Of a stretch of 64,000 bases of DNA, positions 63,078 through 64,000 are shown piece after piece. The number at the start of each line of letters is the position of its first letter. Positions within the stretch are counted from its first letter, which is position 1. Origin of the DNA: Stegostoma tigrinum (Eukaryota); the NCBI RefSeq assembly GCF_030684315.1, contig NC_081354.1:31490226-31554225 (forward strand), given 5' to 3'. Below the pieces are notes generated by a model that saw only the letters and a list, made by a program, of their open reading frames with translations, did no database searches and was not told the DNA's origin. The position numbers and the translations under genes were made by a program.

Positions 63078-64000
63078 TTTTTAAAATTCATTCATGAGTT
63101 GTGCATGTTGCTGATTGGGCCAGCATTTATCACCCATCTTCAGTTGCACTCAAAAGATGATGGTGGGTGGCCTTCTGGAACCACTGCAATCCATTCGCTT
63201 TAGGTACATCCACAATGTTGCTAGTGATGGAATTCCGGGATTTTGACCGAGCAACACTGAAGTAACAACGGTATATTTTCAAAGTGGGATGATGAATGGC
63301 TTGGAGAGGAACTTGCAGGTGTGTGGTCTTGCCAAAATTAGCAGCCCTTCTTCTGGATGGCAATTGCATTGCGTTTGGAAGCTGATGTTTAAGGAGTGTT
63401 GGTGATTTTCTGCAGTCCTTTTGTAGATGGTACATCTACTGTTACTGAGTGTTGGTGATGGTGATATATTGGCAGTCAAGTGAATTGATTTGTTCTGAAC
63501 AATATCAAATTTCATGAATGTTATTGGAAAAGCCTTATCCAGACAAATGGCAGTATTTCATCATTCTCCTGCACCTTGCCGATGGTGGGCAGGGTTTTGG
63601 AGTTAAGAGATGCGTCACTCAAGGCAAGACTCTGAACTTATGATGTGCTTATGTAACTACACTATCTGCATGTGTACTTCAGTTTCTGATCAATGGTAAC
63701 ACCAGGATGTTGATAGTAGAGTATTCAGTGATGTCACTATCATGAAATGTCAGGGGCAATGGTTAAGTCCTCTCTTGTTGGAGATGATCATTGCCTGCCA
63801 TTTATGTGATGCAATTATTACTTGCCACTTACTTGCATGGGTACTGTCCAGGTCTTGGAGTGGAGTGCTTCAGTATCTAAGGAAATGCAACTAATACTGA
63901 ATATTGTATAATTACCAGCAAACAGCCCATTTCTCAACCTATTATGATGGAAAGGTCATTAATGAAGTAACTATGATGACTGACCTCCAAAAACCACTTC
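63078..64000 (-). mobile_element. Degraded CR1-group (L2/Crack-like) LINE 3' part, runs off the window
   Basis: Colinear with 16502-17500; ORF 63130-63435 ends in GLQWFQKATHHHLL. Confidence 0.8.

Overview
Eukaryotic, AT-rich, CpG-depleted, repeat-dense DNA. I found no host protein-coding exon, so the window is most likely intergenic or deep intronic. The repeat mix (CR1 LINEs with (TTCTATG)n tails, HE1/V-SINE-like SINEs, Gmr1-like Gypsy, many Penelope-like elements) suggests a cartilaginous fish such as a shark; this is inference. All long ORFs are broken retroelement ORFs (CR1 endonuclease/RT, GIY-YIG endonuclease, Gypsy gag/pol). The most striking structure is a set of Penelope-like element (PLE) insertions from at least three families, most carrying a minimal hammerhead-ribozyme motif (CTGANGA-stem II-GAAA-..TH). 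Six have the same asymmetric inverted architecture: target-site duplication (TSD), one terminus with a 25-41 nt tail, an inverted arm without the tail, then TSD. They range from a near-perfect 625-bp-arm palindrome (21382-22810) to tiny non-coding hairpins of about 215-240 bp made only of the ribozyme-bearing terminus. All alignments were done by eye; ends of old repeats are approximate.
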